Shown here: positions 18,556 to 27,849 of the stretch, piece by piece
Numbering within the stretch: the stretch's first letter is position 1
Layout of the letters: each line of letters opens with the position of its first letter
NCBI GenBank assembly: GCA_038326775.1
Contig: JBBQKJ010000009.1
Span: forward strand, 9,457-73,456
Direction of reading: 5' to 3'
From: Candidatus Geothermincolia bacterium
GTDB taxonomy: Bacteria; Actinomycetota; Geothermincolia; Fen-727; Anoxymicrobiaceae
Length of the DNA stretch: 64,000 bases
The notes under the pieces: generated by a model
The model's input: only the letters and a program-made list of their open reading frames with translations
Told to the model about the DNA's origin: nothing
Databases searched by the model: none
Made by a program: the position numbers and the translations under genes

Positions 18556-20096
18556 CTGTCCTCCGTTGAATCCATCTTCCTGGGGAAGAGCGCCTCGCCG
18601 CGGATGGTTGCGCCGCCGGATGGCAGCCCGCCCCACGCGGCCGACTCCGGCAGCCTGGCGCCCCAGATTTCGGGCAGGCCCAGGCGCTCCCATATCTTTT
18701 CCGCCGTCGATGGCATGAAAGGGGCGATCGACAGCGCTATCTGGCGCAGGCACTCGAGGCAGTTGTAGAGGACGCGGTCCAGGTCGGCGGCGCGGGCCTC
18801 GTCCTTTGCGAGGGACCAGGGAGCGGAAACGTCCACGTACCGGTTCACCGCGTGGACGAACTCCCATATCTCGGCGAGCGCCTCGTTGAACGCGGGCGCC
18901 GCGAGCCTGGCTTCGACGGATAACGTCAGCGCCGCGCACCGTTCGACCAGCGTGTTTTCCTCATCCCCGGGCGCGCCGGGCCCGGGGATGAAGCCCTCCC
19001 GGTACTTGTGCACCATGGTGAGCACGCGGCTCTCCAGGTTGCCGAGGTCGTTGGCGAGCTCGGCGTTGTAGCGCTTCAGAATAGTCCTCCTGGAGAAGTT
19101 GCCGTCCACCCCGAACGAGAACTCGCGCATGAAGTAGTAGCGGTAGGCGTCGACCCCGTACTCGTCGACCAGCTCACCGGGCCGCACGACGTTGCCGAGC
19201 GACTTGGACATCTTCTGCCCCTCGACCGTGAGCCAGCCGTGAGCGAAGACGCGCCTGGGCAGCGGGAGGCCGGCCGCCATCAGCATCGCCGGCCATATCA
19301 CGGCGTGGAACCGCAGTATCTCTTTTCCCACCAGGTGCCAGTCGGCCGGCCAGGTGCTTTCGAAGCGCGCCGGGTCGGTGCCGTAGTCGATGGCGCTCAC
19401 GTAGTTGAGCAGGGCGTCGAACCAGACGTACATGACGTGGCGCTGGTCGAACGGCAGGGGAATGCCCCAGGTGAAGCTGGTGCGCGAGATGCTCTGGTCC
19501 GAGAGCCCGGACTTTATGAAGCTCGTGACCTCGTTGCGCCGAGACTCGGGCTGGACGAACTCCGGGTGGTCCTCTATGTGCTTCAGGACGGCATCGGCGT
19601 ATTTCGACATGCGGAAGAAGTAGTTCTCCTCCTTTACCCAGTCGACCGGCCGCCTGCAATCGGGGCAGTTGCCGTCCACCAGCTGGCTCGAGAGCAGGAA
19701 CGACTCGTCGTGCACGCAGTACCAGCCCTCGTACGAGCCGAGGTAGACGTCGCCGGACTCCATTAGCTTCTCGATGAACAGCTGGGCGACCTGGGTGTGG
19801 CGGTTCTGGGTGGTGCGGATGAAGTCGTCGTTGGAGATGTTGAGCAGCTTCCAGTCGTCCAGGAAGTGCGCGACCATCTCGTCGGCCCAGCTTTGCGGGC
19901 TCTCATTTCTCTCGGCGGCGGCCTGGGCGACTTTCTGGCCGTGCTCGTCGGTGCCGGTGAGGAAGAAGACGTCCCGCCCGCGCAGTCGCTGATAGCGCGC
20001 GATGACGTCCGCCGCGAGCGTCGTGTACGCGGTGCCTATGTGAGGCACGTCGTTAACGTAGTAGATCGGCGTCGTTATGTAGAAGACCTCGCCCAA
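18552..20096 (-). CDS. metG: Methionine--tRNA ligase (short form)
   Basis: YITTPIYYVN, HIGT, GTDEHG, YVWFDAL, KMSKS. Confidence 0.97.
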   Translation of the reverse strand: MGEVFYITTPIYYVNDVPHIGTAYTTLAADVIARYQRLRGRDVFFLTGTDEHGQKVAQAAAERNESPQSWADEMVAHFLDDWKLLNISNDDFIRTTQNRHTQVAQLFIEKLMESGDVYLGSYEGWYCVHDESFLLSSQLVDGNCPDCRRPVDWVKEENYFFRMSKYADAVLKHIEDHPEFVQPESRRNEVTSFIKSGLSDQSISRTSFTWGIPLPFDQRHVMYVWFDALLNYVSAIDYGTDPARFESTWPADWHLVGKEILRFHAVIWPAMLMAAGLPLPRRVFAHGWLTVEGQKMSKSLGNVVRPGELVDEYGVDAYRYYFMREFSFGVDGNFSRRTILKRYNAELANDLGNLESRVLTMVHKYREGFIPGPGAPGDEENTLVERCAALTLSVEARLAAPAFNEALAEIWEFVHAVNRYVDVSAPWSLAKDEARAADLDRVLYNCLECLRQIALSIAPFMPSTAEKIWERLGLPEIWGARLPESAAWGGLPSGGATIRGEALFPRKMDSTEDS

Positions 20097-20151
20097 TCAG
20101 TCAACACCTCCTATTGATGCCAACTGAAATAATAACGCAAATCTCATGCCG

Positions 20152-20198
20152 GGGTCAGGCACCTTGACATGAATTATTCATGTCAAGGTGCCTGACCC
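20152..20198. repeat. Perfect 23-bp inverted repeat (REP/MITE-like copy 1)
   Basis: GGGTCAGGCACCTTGACATGAAT-T-ATTCATGTCAAGGTGCCTGACCC between the divergent metG and pmbA. Confidence 0.9.
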
Positions 20199-20249
20199 GA
20201 CCGGGCCCCGCCTCTTTTGGTCTACGGCGTGTTCTGATAGGTTTAACGC

Positions 20250-21632
20250 ATGCGACCCGACTTTGAGACATTAGACCTGGCCCTTCACAAGGCGAGCTCC
20301 GGCGGGGCGACCGAAGCGGAGGCTTATCTCGAGCGCGAGCTCGGGCTCACCATCAAGGTCTTCGACGGCCTGGTGGAGAGGTTTTCCTACGCCGAGACGC
20401 GCGGCATCGGCCTGCGCCTGTATGTCGGCGACCGGCAGGGCAGAGCTTACACGTCCGACCTCTCGCCCGTGGCGATCGAAGAGACCGTTGCCGCCGCCCT
20501 GGCGAGCGCCGGGGTCTGCCCGCACGACCCCGACCGCTTGCTCCCGGACCCGTCGCTTTTCCCACCCGGGGCCGGCGAAAGCGCCTACCTCGGCGATGAC
20601 CTCGAGATACTCGGCGAGGACCTCCAGACCGTCTCCGCCGGCGAGAAGATAGAGTTCACAATGGGGCTCGAACGCCTGGCGCGCGATTACGACCCGCGGA
20701 TCACCGGCGTCGAGACTTCCACATACAGCGAGTCGACCGCGGAGGTGCTGCTCGCCAGCACCGCCGGGTTCCGCTCAGGCTTTCGCTCGTCGGTTTGCTA
20801 CGGCTACCTTGTGGCCATCGCCGGGCGGGACGGGGAGTCTCAGACCGGCTTCGGCTTCACCGCGGGGCGCTCGTTCGCCTCGCTCGACCCGAAGGCGGCC
20901 GCCGGGGAGGGGGCCTCCATGGCGGTCGACCTGCTGGGCGCCAGGCAGGTCGCCTCGGCCCGGGTGCCGGTCCTCATGGACAACCTCTCCACCGCGGAGA
21001 TGATGGCAGTGCTGGGCGCGGCGGTCTCGGGCGAGTCGGTGAGCAAGGGACGTTCCTATCTCACCGGTCGCCTCGGCGACACCGTCGCCTCGGAGCGCGT
21101 TACGATAGTCGATGACGGACGGATGTCGGGCGGCTTTGGCACCGCCCCGTTCGACGGGGAGGGCGTAGCCGCCGCGCGCAAGACCATCGTCGAGGAAGGC
21201 GTCCTCAAGAGCTTCCTTCATAACTGCTGCACCGCTTCCCGGATGGGCGCGGCCACCACCGGCAACGCGTATCGGCCCTCGTTCCGGGCACAGGTCGGGG
21301 TATCGCCTACCAACATCGTTCTGGAGCCGGGGAGAGATACCCCCGAGGCGTTGAGGTCCGGCATGGGGACAGGTTTCGAGGTGCTCGAGCTGCAGGGCGT
21401 CCACGTTGGCTTGAACCCGGTAACGGGCGAGGTGTCGGTGGGCGCCAGGGGCCGCTGGATCGAGAACGGCAAGCCCGCCCACGCGGTCCGCGAGGTGACC
21501 ATCGCCGGGACGATAGACGGCATCTTGAAGGGCATCGCCGGGATAGGAAACGACATCAGGTTTACGCCTCTTCTGGGGGGCATCGGTGCCCCCTCCATCC
21601 TTATCGAAGGCCTGGCGGTCAGCGGCAAGTAG
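20250..21632 (+). CDS. pmbA: TldD/PmbA family protein (PmbA/TldE-like, non-catalytic)
   Basis: GIGLRL, APFDGEGV, TTGNA, G.WIENG, EVTIAG, APSILI; no HExxGH motif. Confidence 0.85.
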   Translation: MRPDFETLDLALHKASSGGATEAEAYLERELGLTIKVFDGLVERFSYAETRGIGLRLYVGDRQGRAYTSDLSPVAIEETVAAALASAGVCPHDPDRLLPDPSLFPPGAGESAYLGDDLEILGEDLQTVSAGEKIEFTMGLERLARDYDPRITGVETSTYSESTAEVLLASTAGFRSGFRSSVCYGYLVAIAGRDGESQTGFGFTAGRSFASLDPKAAAGEGASMAVDLLGARQVASARVPVLMDNLSTAEMMAVLGAAVSGESVSKGRSYLTGRLGDTVASERVTIVDDGRMSGGFGTAPFDGEGVAAARKTIVEEGVLKSFLHNCCTASRMGAATTGNAYRPSFRAQVGVSPTNIVLEPGRDTPEALRSGMGTGFEVLELQGVHVGLNPVTGEVSVGARGRWIENGKPAHAVREVTIAGTIDGILKGIAGIGNDIRFTPLLGGIGAPSILIEGLAVSGK

Positions 21633-21692
21633 CGCCGCCAGGGCAATATGAAGAACGCGGGACAGGCAGTTGGACTAACAGGAGGGGTCTCC

Positions 21693-23270
21693 ATGCTGAT
21701 CCATGAGCTGCTCGAAAGCGACGCCGAGCGCGCGCCCGACAAGGAGGCGATCGTCCTGCGAGACCGCCGCGTCAACTACGGCGAGTACCTCGAGGCGGTG
21801 AACCGGGTGGCCGCCAACCTGTTGAAGTTGGGCGTCAAGCGGGGCGACAAGGTCGCGCTCTATATCGGCAACCGCCCCGAATACGTTTTCTGCTATATAG
21901 CCGCTGTCTCGATCGGAGCGGCCGCGGTCCCGGTGTCCACGCGTTTCGCGGATATGGAGGCGCAGTTCGTGGTGGAGAACTCGGACTCCAGTCTCATGGT
22001 GGTGGCGCCCGGTTTCGCTGGAATCGACTTCCTGGAGATCGCCGGCAAGATCCTGCCGGACTGCCCCGAGGTAAAGACGGTGGTGGTTATGGGCACGCCC
22101 GAAGATGTGGCGAAGGTGCCGGGGGCGCTTGGGGAGGAAGCAGTGTTCGCCGATGTAAGCGCCGCCGATCTCGAGGCCCTGAAGAACGCGCGCGCCGGGG
22201 TCGACGCCGACGACACCGCCTTCCTCTGTTACACGTCGGGGAGCACCGGTGTGCCCAAGGCCGCCGAGCTCACCCACAAGAACATCGTGGCTTACTCGGA
22301 GGGGCAACTGGACGCCGCCGACATCTCTCCGGACGACCGGCTGCTGCTGGATATCCCGGTAAACCACGTCGGTGGGAACGTGATGGCCATAATCTCCATG
22401 CTCCAGGCCGGGGGGACCCTGGTCATGCTCGACCAGTTCGTGCCCCAGGAGGTGCTCGAGACCATCCAGAAGGAGAAGATCACGGTCATGGGCCAGGTCC
22501 CGGCGCAATATATTATGCTGCTGATGATGCCGGACTTCGATTCCTACGACCTTTCCTCCGTGCAGAAGGCGGTGGTGTCGGCGGCGCCGACGCCGAAAGA
22601 GGTCTTCGGGCAGGTCAAGGAGAAATTCGGCATCTACCTGACCAACGGCTACGGGCTTTCCGAGGTCAGCGGCGCCATTGCATTCACCAGGGTGGACGAT
22701 GACTCCTTCGAGCGCCTTTCCAGCAGTATCGGCAAGGCCAACAAGGGCATAACAATGAGCATCATAGATTCCTCGGGCGAACACCTGCCGCAGGGGAACG
22801 AGGGCGAGATATGCATAAAGGGCGACGCGGTGATGAAGGGCTATTACAAGAAGCCCGAGGAGACCGCGCTGGTGATGACCGACGACGGCTATTTCAAGAC
22901 CGGTGACATGGGCCGCCTCGACGAGGACGGCTACGTCTATATCCTCGGCCGCAAGAAAGAGATGTATATCCGCGGTGGGGAGAACGTCTATCCGCCCGAG
23001 GTCGAGGAGGTGCTCACCCTGCACACCGGTGTCCTCTTCGCGGCGGTCATAGGCGTCCCCGACCCGGTGATGGGAGAAGAGGGGAAGGCCTACATCGTGC
23101 CCATGCCCGGCAGCGAGCCCCCCACCGAGGACGACATAAAGCAGTGGTGCGCCGGGAGGCTCGCGAAGTTCAAGATCCCCAGGTTCGTGGAATTCCGCGA
23201 CGCCCTGCCTCTGACGCCGCTCGGCAAGGTCATGAAAAGAGCCCTCTACGACGAGCTTGCCGGCGACTAA
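21693..23270 (+). CDS. AMP-binding acyl-CoA synthetase
   Basis: YTSGSTGVPK, GYGLSE, FKTGDMG, GRKKEMYIRGGENVYP, LPLTPLGK; GGAGG RBS before ATG 21693. Confidence 0.92.
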   Translation: MLIHELLESDAERAPDKEAIVLRDRRVNYGEYLEAVNRVAANLLKLGVKRGDKVALYIGNRPEYVFCYIAAVSIGAAAVPVSTRFADMEAQFVVENSDSSLMVVAPGFAGIDFLEIAGKILPDCPEVKTVVVMGTPEDVAKVPGALGEEAVFADVSAADLEALKNARAGVDADDTAFLCYTSGSTGVPKAAELTHKNIVAYSEGQLDAADISPDDRLLLDIPVNHVGGNVMAIISMLQAGGTLVMLDQFVPQEVLETIQKEKITVMGQVPAQYIMLLMMPDFDSYDLSSVQKAVVSAAPTPKEVFGQVKEKFGIYLTNGYGLSEVSGAIAFTRVDDDSFERLSSSIGKANKGITMSIIDSSGEHLPQGNEGEICIKGDAVMKGYYKKPEETALVMTDDGYFKTGDMGRLDEDGYVYILGRKKEMYIRGGENVYPPEVEEVLTLHTGVLFAAVIGVPDPVMGEEGKAYIVPMPGSEPPTEDDIKQWCAGRLAKFKIPRFVEFRDALPLTPLGKVMKRALYDELAGD

Positions 23271-23298
23271 TAAATGAAATCAGATCTGACCCCATCTA

Positions 23299-23904
23299 TT
23301 AATCTATTAGTATTTCTTCGAGGGGTTTGCGGGGGCGGGCGGGCGGCGACTGGGCCGGGTAGCCGAGGGTCAGAAGGACGAGCACCTTGCAGGTCTCCGG
23401 GATCTCCAGCAGCTCCTCGACCCTGGCGGCCTCGAAAGCGCGGACCCAGCAGGTCGCAAGGCCGAGCGCTGTCGCCGCGAGCGCCATGTGCTCGGTGGCG
23501 ATGGCCACGTTGATAGCCCCGTTCACGATAACGCGCTCGGGGTCGAGTTCTTTGTCTTTGCTACGTCGCACCTGCCGGAGCATCATCTCGAGGCCGGGCC
23601 TGACCTTTCCCTTGAGCACCAGTTCCAGGGTGCGCTTGCCCCTTTCGGCGAACGCCTCGAAGTCGAGACAGCAGGCTATCACCACCGGAGCCTCCTCGAC
23701 GAACTTCTGCCCGTAGGCGAACCCCCTCAACTGTTTCTTCGTCTCCGGGTCGGTAACGACGTCGAACTTCCAGGATTGAGTGTTGCTGGTGGAGGGCGCG
23801 ACGCGGGCCGCTTCCAGCACCCTGTCGATGAGCTCCCGCGGTACGGCCTCATCGCGGTATTTGCGCACCGAGCGCCTCGTCTCTATCGCTTCGAAAAGGT
23901 CCAT
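23299..23904 (-). CDS. Nitroreductase family protein
   Basis: RRSVRKY, APSTSNTQSW, ATALGLATCWV, RPRKPLEEI. Confidence 0.92.
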   Translation of the reverse strand: MDLFEAIETRRSVRKYRDEAVPRELIDRVLEAARVAPSTSNTQSWKFDVVTDPETKKQLRGFAYGQKFVEEAPVVIACCLDFEAFAERGKRTLELVLKGKVRPGLEMMLRQVRRSKDKELDPERVIVNGAINVAIATEHMALAATALGLATCWVRAFEAARVEELLEIPETCKVLVLLTLGYPAQSPPARPRKPLEEILID

Positions 23905-23993
23905 CTGGTAACCTCCTGAATATCAGAAGCACCGGGCGCGAGCTTCTGACGTTAGATTATCACGAAGGGCGTTGTTCCGCGGAAAGGAAGCGC

Positions 23994-26372
23994 TTGAGCA
24001 ATCTCAACAGGAAGCTCGTCCGCGACCTGCTCACGCACTGGGCGCAGGTCGGGGCGATAATAGTGGTGATGGCGCTGGGGATAATCATGTTCTCGGGGCC
24101 GCTGCTCGCGCAGCGCGACCTGAGGGACTCCGTTGATGACATATACAGGCGCACCCGCTACGAGGATTTCGGCGCCACGGTCGAGTCGGCGCCCCGGGCG
24201 GTGGTCGCCCGGGTGGCCGGCCTGCGGAATGTGTTGGCCGTGGAGGGACGGCTCTCGGCTGACCTACAGGCGAGCGTCAAGGGCCGCGGGCTCACTATCA
24301 GGATGATCTCGCTGCCCGAGACCGGCAGGCCGACGGTCAACGACGTACTGTTGAAGTCCGGCAGCTTCCTGGCGCCCGGGGCGGCCGGCGAGTGCCTCGC
24401 GGAGCATCACCTGGCAACGGAATACGGCCTCGAACAGGGCGATACCGTCTCGATCACAACCGTGGGGGGCGAGGTGCCGTTGCGCGTGGCCGGCTCGGTG
24501 GTGAGCCCGGAGTATCTCCGGCTCGTCCGCAGCCGCGCCGAGTACGTCACCGACCCGGCTCAATTCGGCGTCGTCTTCGTGAGGTACGGCGAAGCCGCAA
24601 GGCTCCTCGGCCTTGCGGACACCGTCAACGACATCGCCGCACGGGTCCGCAACAAAGACGCCCTCGCGGCTACCATGACCGAGACCAGGAAGCTTCTGGA
24701 GCCTTACAACGTGACCGGCCTGAGCGCCGGGAGCGACGAGCCGGGGGCGGCGACTCTCGACCTGGAGATAAACGACATAGGCAAGCTGGCGCTGTTTTTC
24801 GCTGTCCTGCTTCTGGCGGTGGCCTCGCTCGCCCTTTACATAACCATGACCCAGATCGTTTTCTCGCAGCAGCGCGAGATAGGGGTGGCCCGCGCCCTGG
24901 GTTACGGCAAGGGCGTCATCATCAAACATTACCTCGGCTACGGCGCTTTGCTCGGGGCCGCGGGAGGCGTGCTGGGCGTGGTCGCCGGTTACTTCCTTTC
25001 ACGCCTTTTCATCGGCATCTACGCGGGCACCTTCGAGCTTCCCTTTGTCCGAGTCTCGCTCTACCCCTGGATAGCGATAGCCGGGGTCGCGGTTGCCGTC
25101 CTCTTCTCGACAGCCGGCGCGCTGGTCCCGGCAAGGCACGCAGTCCGCATGAAGCCAGCGGAGGCGATGAGGGTAGAGACCGGGCTTATCCTGGGAAAGG
25201 TCAGGCACGCCCGCGGGCACGGGATCACCGGCAGGCTCGGCTTCCCGGCGTGGCTGCGGTTCACTTTTCGCAACCTCGCGCGCAACCGCAGGCGGACGTT
25301 TTTCACCTGCCTGGGCGTCATCGGCACATTGTGTCTCCTGATTACCGCCGCCGGTGGCCGGGACTCGCTCGGCTACGCAGTCGACAAGTACCTGAACGGC
25401 GTCCTCCTCTGGGACGTGGGAGCACTCTGGCAGAGCGGCCCCGCCGGGCCCGACACGCTTGCGCGGGTGCGCGCAATCGATGGCGTCACCGCGGTGGAGC
25501 CTTTTATCGAAGCGCCTGCCATGGTGGTATTCCGCGGCAGAGCGGCGGACGTCCAGGTGCAGGCGTACAGCTCGGACACGACTATGCGTGGTGACTACCC
25601 TACCCCCGGCTCCCGCGCCCGGCCTGGCCCGGTGGAGGTGGTCCTGAACCGGGGCATCAAGAAGAAGCTCCCCGTAAAGGTGGGCGACCGGGTCACCTTG
25701 AGCACCCCCCTGGGCTCACTGCCTTTCAAGGTAGCGGGCTTCGTGAGCGAGCCGTTCGGTGGGGTCTCCTACGTGGACCTGGGCTATATCCAGAGACTGT
25801 TCTCAGCGGCCACCGGCGTTCCCGGGGCGTTCAACGGTGTGGTGGTAAAGACGGAGGCAGGAAGCACCGCCCGGGTCGCGGACGCGCTTCGAGAGCTCCC
25901 GGTTGTCTCCCAGGTGGTGACCAAGGCTGGCATCCTCAGGGTCTTCGACGAGCTGGTGGGCGCGGTAAGGACCCTGTTCGTCATGTTCTATTTCATGGCC
26001 TTCGCCATGGGGTTCGCCATCCTGTTCTCGATGACAACGGTCAACCTGCTCGAGAGGGGGCGCGAGGTCGCCACTATCAGGACGATGGGGGCCGGCAGGG
26101 CGAGGATATTCTCCTTCGTGACCGTGGAGACCATGGCCGTGGTGGCACTGGCGCTTGTCCCGGGCATCCTCCTCGGCCGCCTGTTGGAGTGGGTCGTCAT
26201 CGAGAAGCTATTGAGCTCTGACAGGCTAGCCCCGGACGCGGTCATATCAGGAGTGACGTTGGTTCTCGTGATAGTCGCTGCGCTGGTGGTCCTGGTGCTC
26301 TCAGAGTTGCCCTCCGTCAGGCGCCTCTGGCGCCTCGACCTCGCGACGGCAACCAGGGAGCGCGCCGACTAG
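23994..26372 (+). CDS. ABC transporter permease with tandem FtsX/MacB-like domains
   Basis: LNRKLVRDL, QQREIGVARALG, RNLARNRRRT, ERGREVATIRTMG; two TM bundles. Confidence 0.88.
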   Translation: MSNLNRKLVRDLLTHWAQVGAIIVVMALGIIMFSGPLLAQRDLRDSVDDIYRRTRYEDFGATVESAPRAVVARVAGLRNVLAVEGRLSADLQASVKGRGLTIRMISLPETGRPTVNDVLLKSGSFLAPGAAGECLAEHHLATEYGLEQGDTVSITTVGGEVPLRVAGSVVSPEYLRLVRSRAEYVTDPAQFGVVFVRYGEAARLLGLADTVNDIAARVRNKDALAATMTETRKLLEPYNVTGLSAGSDEPGAATLDLEINDIGKLALFFAVLLLAVASLALYITMTQIVFSQQREIGVARALGYGKGVIIKHYLGYGALLGAAGGVLGVVAGYFLSRLFIGIYAGTFELPFVRVSLYPWIAIAGVAVAVLFSTAGALVPARHAVRMKPAEAMRVETGLILGKVRHARGHGITGRLGFPAWLRFTFRNLARNRRRTFFTCLGVIGTLCLLITAAGGRDSLGYAVDKYLNGVLLWDVGALWQSGPAGPDTLARVRAIDGVTAVEPFIEAPAMVVFRGRAADVQVQAYSSDTTMRGDYPTPGSRARPGPVEVVLNRGIKKKLPVKVGDRVTLSTPLGSLPFKVAGFVSEPFGGVSYVDLGYIQRLFSAATGVPGAFNGVVVKTEAGSTARVADALRELPVVSQVVTKAGILRVFDELVGAVRTLFVMFYFMAFAMGFAILFSMTTVNLLERGREVATIRTMGAGRARIFSFVTVETMAVVALALVPGILLGRLLEWVVIEKLLSSDRLAPDAVISGVTLVLVIVAALVVLVLSELPSVRRLWRLDLATATRERAD

Positions 26373-27769
26373 CTCGCGGGGATCGAGAAGCAGAACGTGG
26401 TGCCCCCACCCTTGTGGCTTTCCACCCATATGCGGCCGCCGTGAGCCTCGACTATCCCCTTGGATATCGCGAGCCCGAGCCCGACCCCCTGCTTGCCGCC
26501 CCTCGACTCGGTGTCCAGGCTGAAGAATTTTTCGAAGACTTCCCGGTGAAGCTCGGGGGGTATGCCCGACCCCGTGTCCGCGACCGAGAAGATAGTGTTG
26601 TCCGTGTTGGAGACCACCTTCACCGTGACCTCGCCCTCGTCGGTGAACTTCAGCGCGTTATCCACCAGGTTGGTGAGCACCTGCTCGACGCGGCCCGGGT
26701 CGAACCTCCCGGGGCCCCGCCCGTCGGGGCTTTCAAGCGTTATCCCGAGGCCCTTTGCCGCGAACGCGACCTCGAAATTCCGCACAACCCGCGAGGCGAG
26801 GTCGACCGCGTCCGCCTCCTGCGGTTCCAGCTTGAGCTGGCCGGACTCGATGCGGGTCATGTCCATCAGGTCGTCGACCAGGTTGGTGAGCCTGGCCACG
26901 CCGCGGTCCAGTATCCTGATGAGCTCCTCTCGCTCCCCGGGGGAGCCGTCGGCCTGCAGCGACCGCATGGCGCTGAGGCTGCTCTCGATGGCGCCGAGCG
27001 GCGCCCTCAGCTCGTGGGATACCATCGACACAAGCTCGGTCTTCAGGCGGTCGAGCTCATGCAGGCGGTCGTTTGCCTGCTCGAGGCGCACTATTGTCTG
27101 TCGCATGAAGCTCTCGTACTGGACACGCTCGCTCATGTTTCGGACCATTGCCCACGCGCCGCTCGGCTCACCGCCGGCGTCGTAGACGACCCAGGCGCGC
27201 GTGCTTACCGGGAGCCGCGAGCCATCCTGCCTAAGGTATTCTTTCATGTACTCGTCGGAGTATCCGGAGTTCTTCATCTGGCTGTCCACGATGTCCTCGT
27301 CCACCTGGTGCCAATCGGCCGGGGTCAGCTCGCGGTAGGTCATCTCCTTGAGGTCTTCGCTCTCATAGCCGAGCATGCCGGCGAACGCCTGGTTGCACTC
27401 CAGTATCCGGCCGGAGTTGTCGGTGTAGACGATGCCGTCGGCCGAGCTCTGGAAAAGGGCCCTGTAGCGCTCCTGCGACTCGTGCATCTTATCTTCCAGC
27501 AGCGCTTGACCGGCGCTCGCCCGCAGCAAGGCGCCCCTGGCGTACAGGTAGGCGGCGGCGACAATGACCAGGATAAGGGTGGTGAAGATGAGAAAAGCGG
27601 TCAGAAAAAGCCCGCGGTTGATGTCGCCTATCCACAGGTAGATGATGCCGGTGACCGACATCGCCAGCTCGGCGGTGATGAAGGTGATGATGGCCAGCCA
27701 CTTCAGGTTTCGTGCGACCTCGTAACCGGGCGCCCCGGGAAGCGATGAGCTTTCGTTCTTTTCGCGCAT
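26369..27769 (-). CDS. Membrane PAS sensor histidine kinase
   Basis: Two N-terminal TMs, PAS domain, H-box SHELRAPL, NLVDNALKF, DTGSGI, GLGLAI. Confidence 0.92.
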   Translation of the reverse strand: MREKNESSSLPGAPGYEVARNLKWLAIITFITAELAMSVTGIIYLWIGDINRGLFLTAFLIFTTLILVIVAAAYLYARGALLRASAGQALLEDKMHESQERYRALFQSSADGIVYTDNSGRILECNQAFAGMLGYESEDLKEMTYRELTPADWHQVDEDIVDSQMKNSGYSDEYMKEYLRQDGSRLPVSTRAWVVYDAGGEPSGAWAMVRNMSERVQYESFMRQTIVRLEQANDRLHELDRLKTELVSMVSHELRAPLGAIESSLSAMRSLQADGSPGEREELIRILDRGVARLTNLVDDLMDMTRIESGQLKLEPQEADAVDLASRVVRNFEVAFAAKGLGITLESPDGRGPGRFDPGRVEQVLTNLVDNALKFTDEGEVTVKVVSNTDNTIFSVADTGSGIPPELHREVFEKFFSLDTESRGGKQGVGLGLAISKGIVEAHGGRIWVESHKGGGTTFCFSIPAS

Positions 27770-27849
27770 TATCACTCGATTCGACGACAGTCACAGAGTT
27801 CGTTAGCGAGACCAAGTGCCCCCGGGGCCAGGCCCCTCCAGCGATCTCC

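Noticed and set aside
20164-20186. TTGACA hexamers in the palindrome as divergent -35 boxes
   Set aside because: No -10 element at the right spacing on either strand, and copy 2 has CTGACA.
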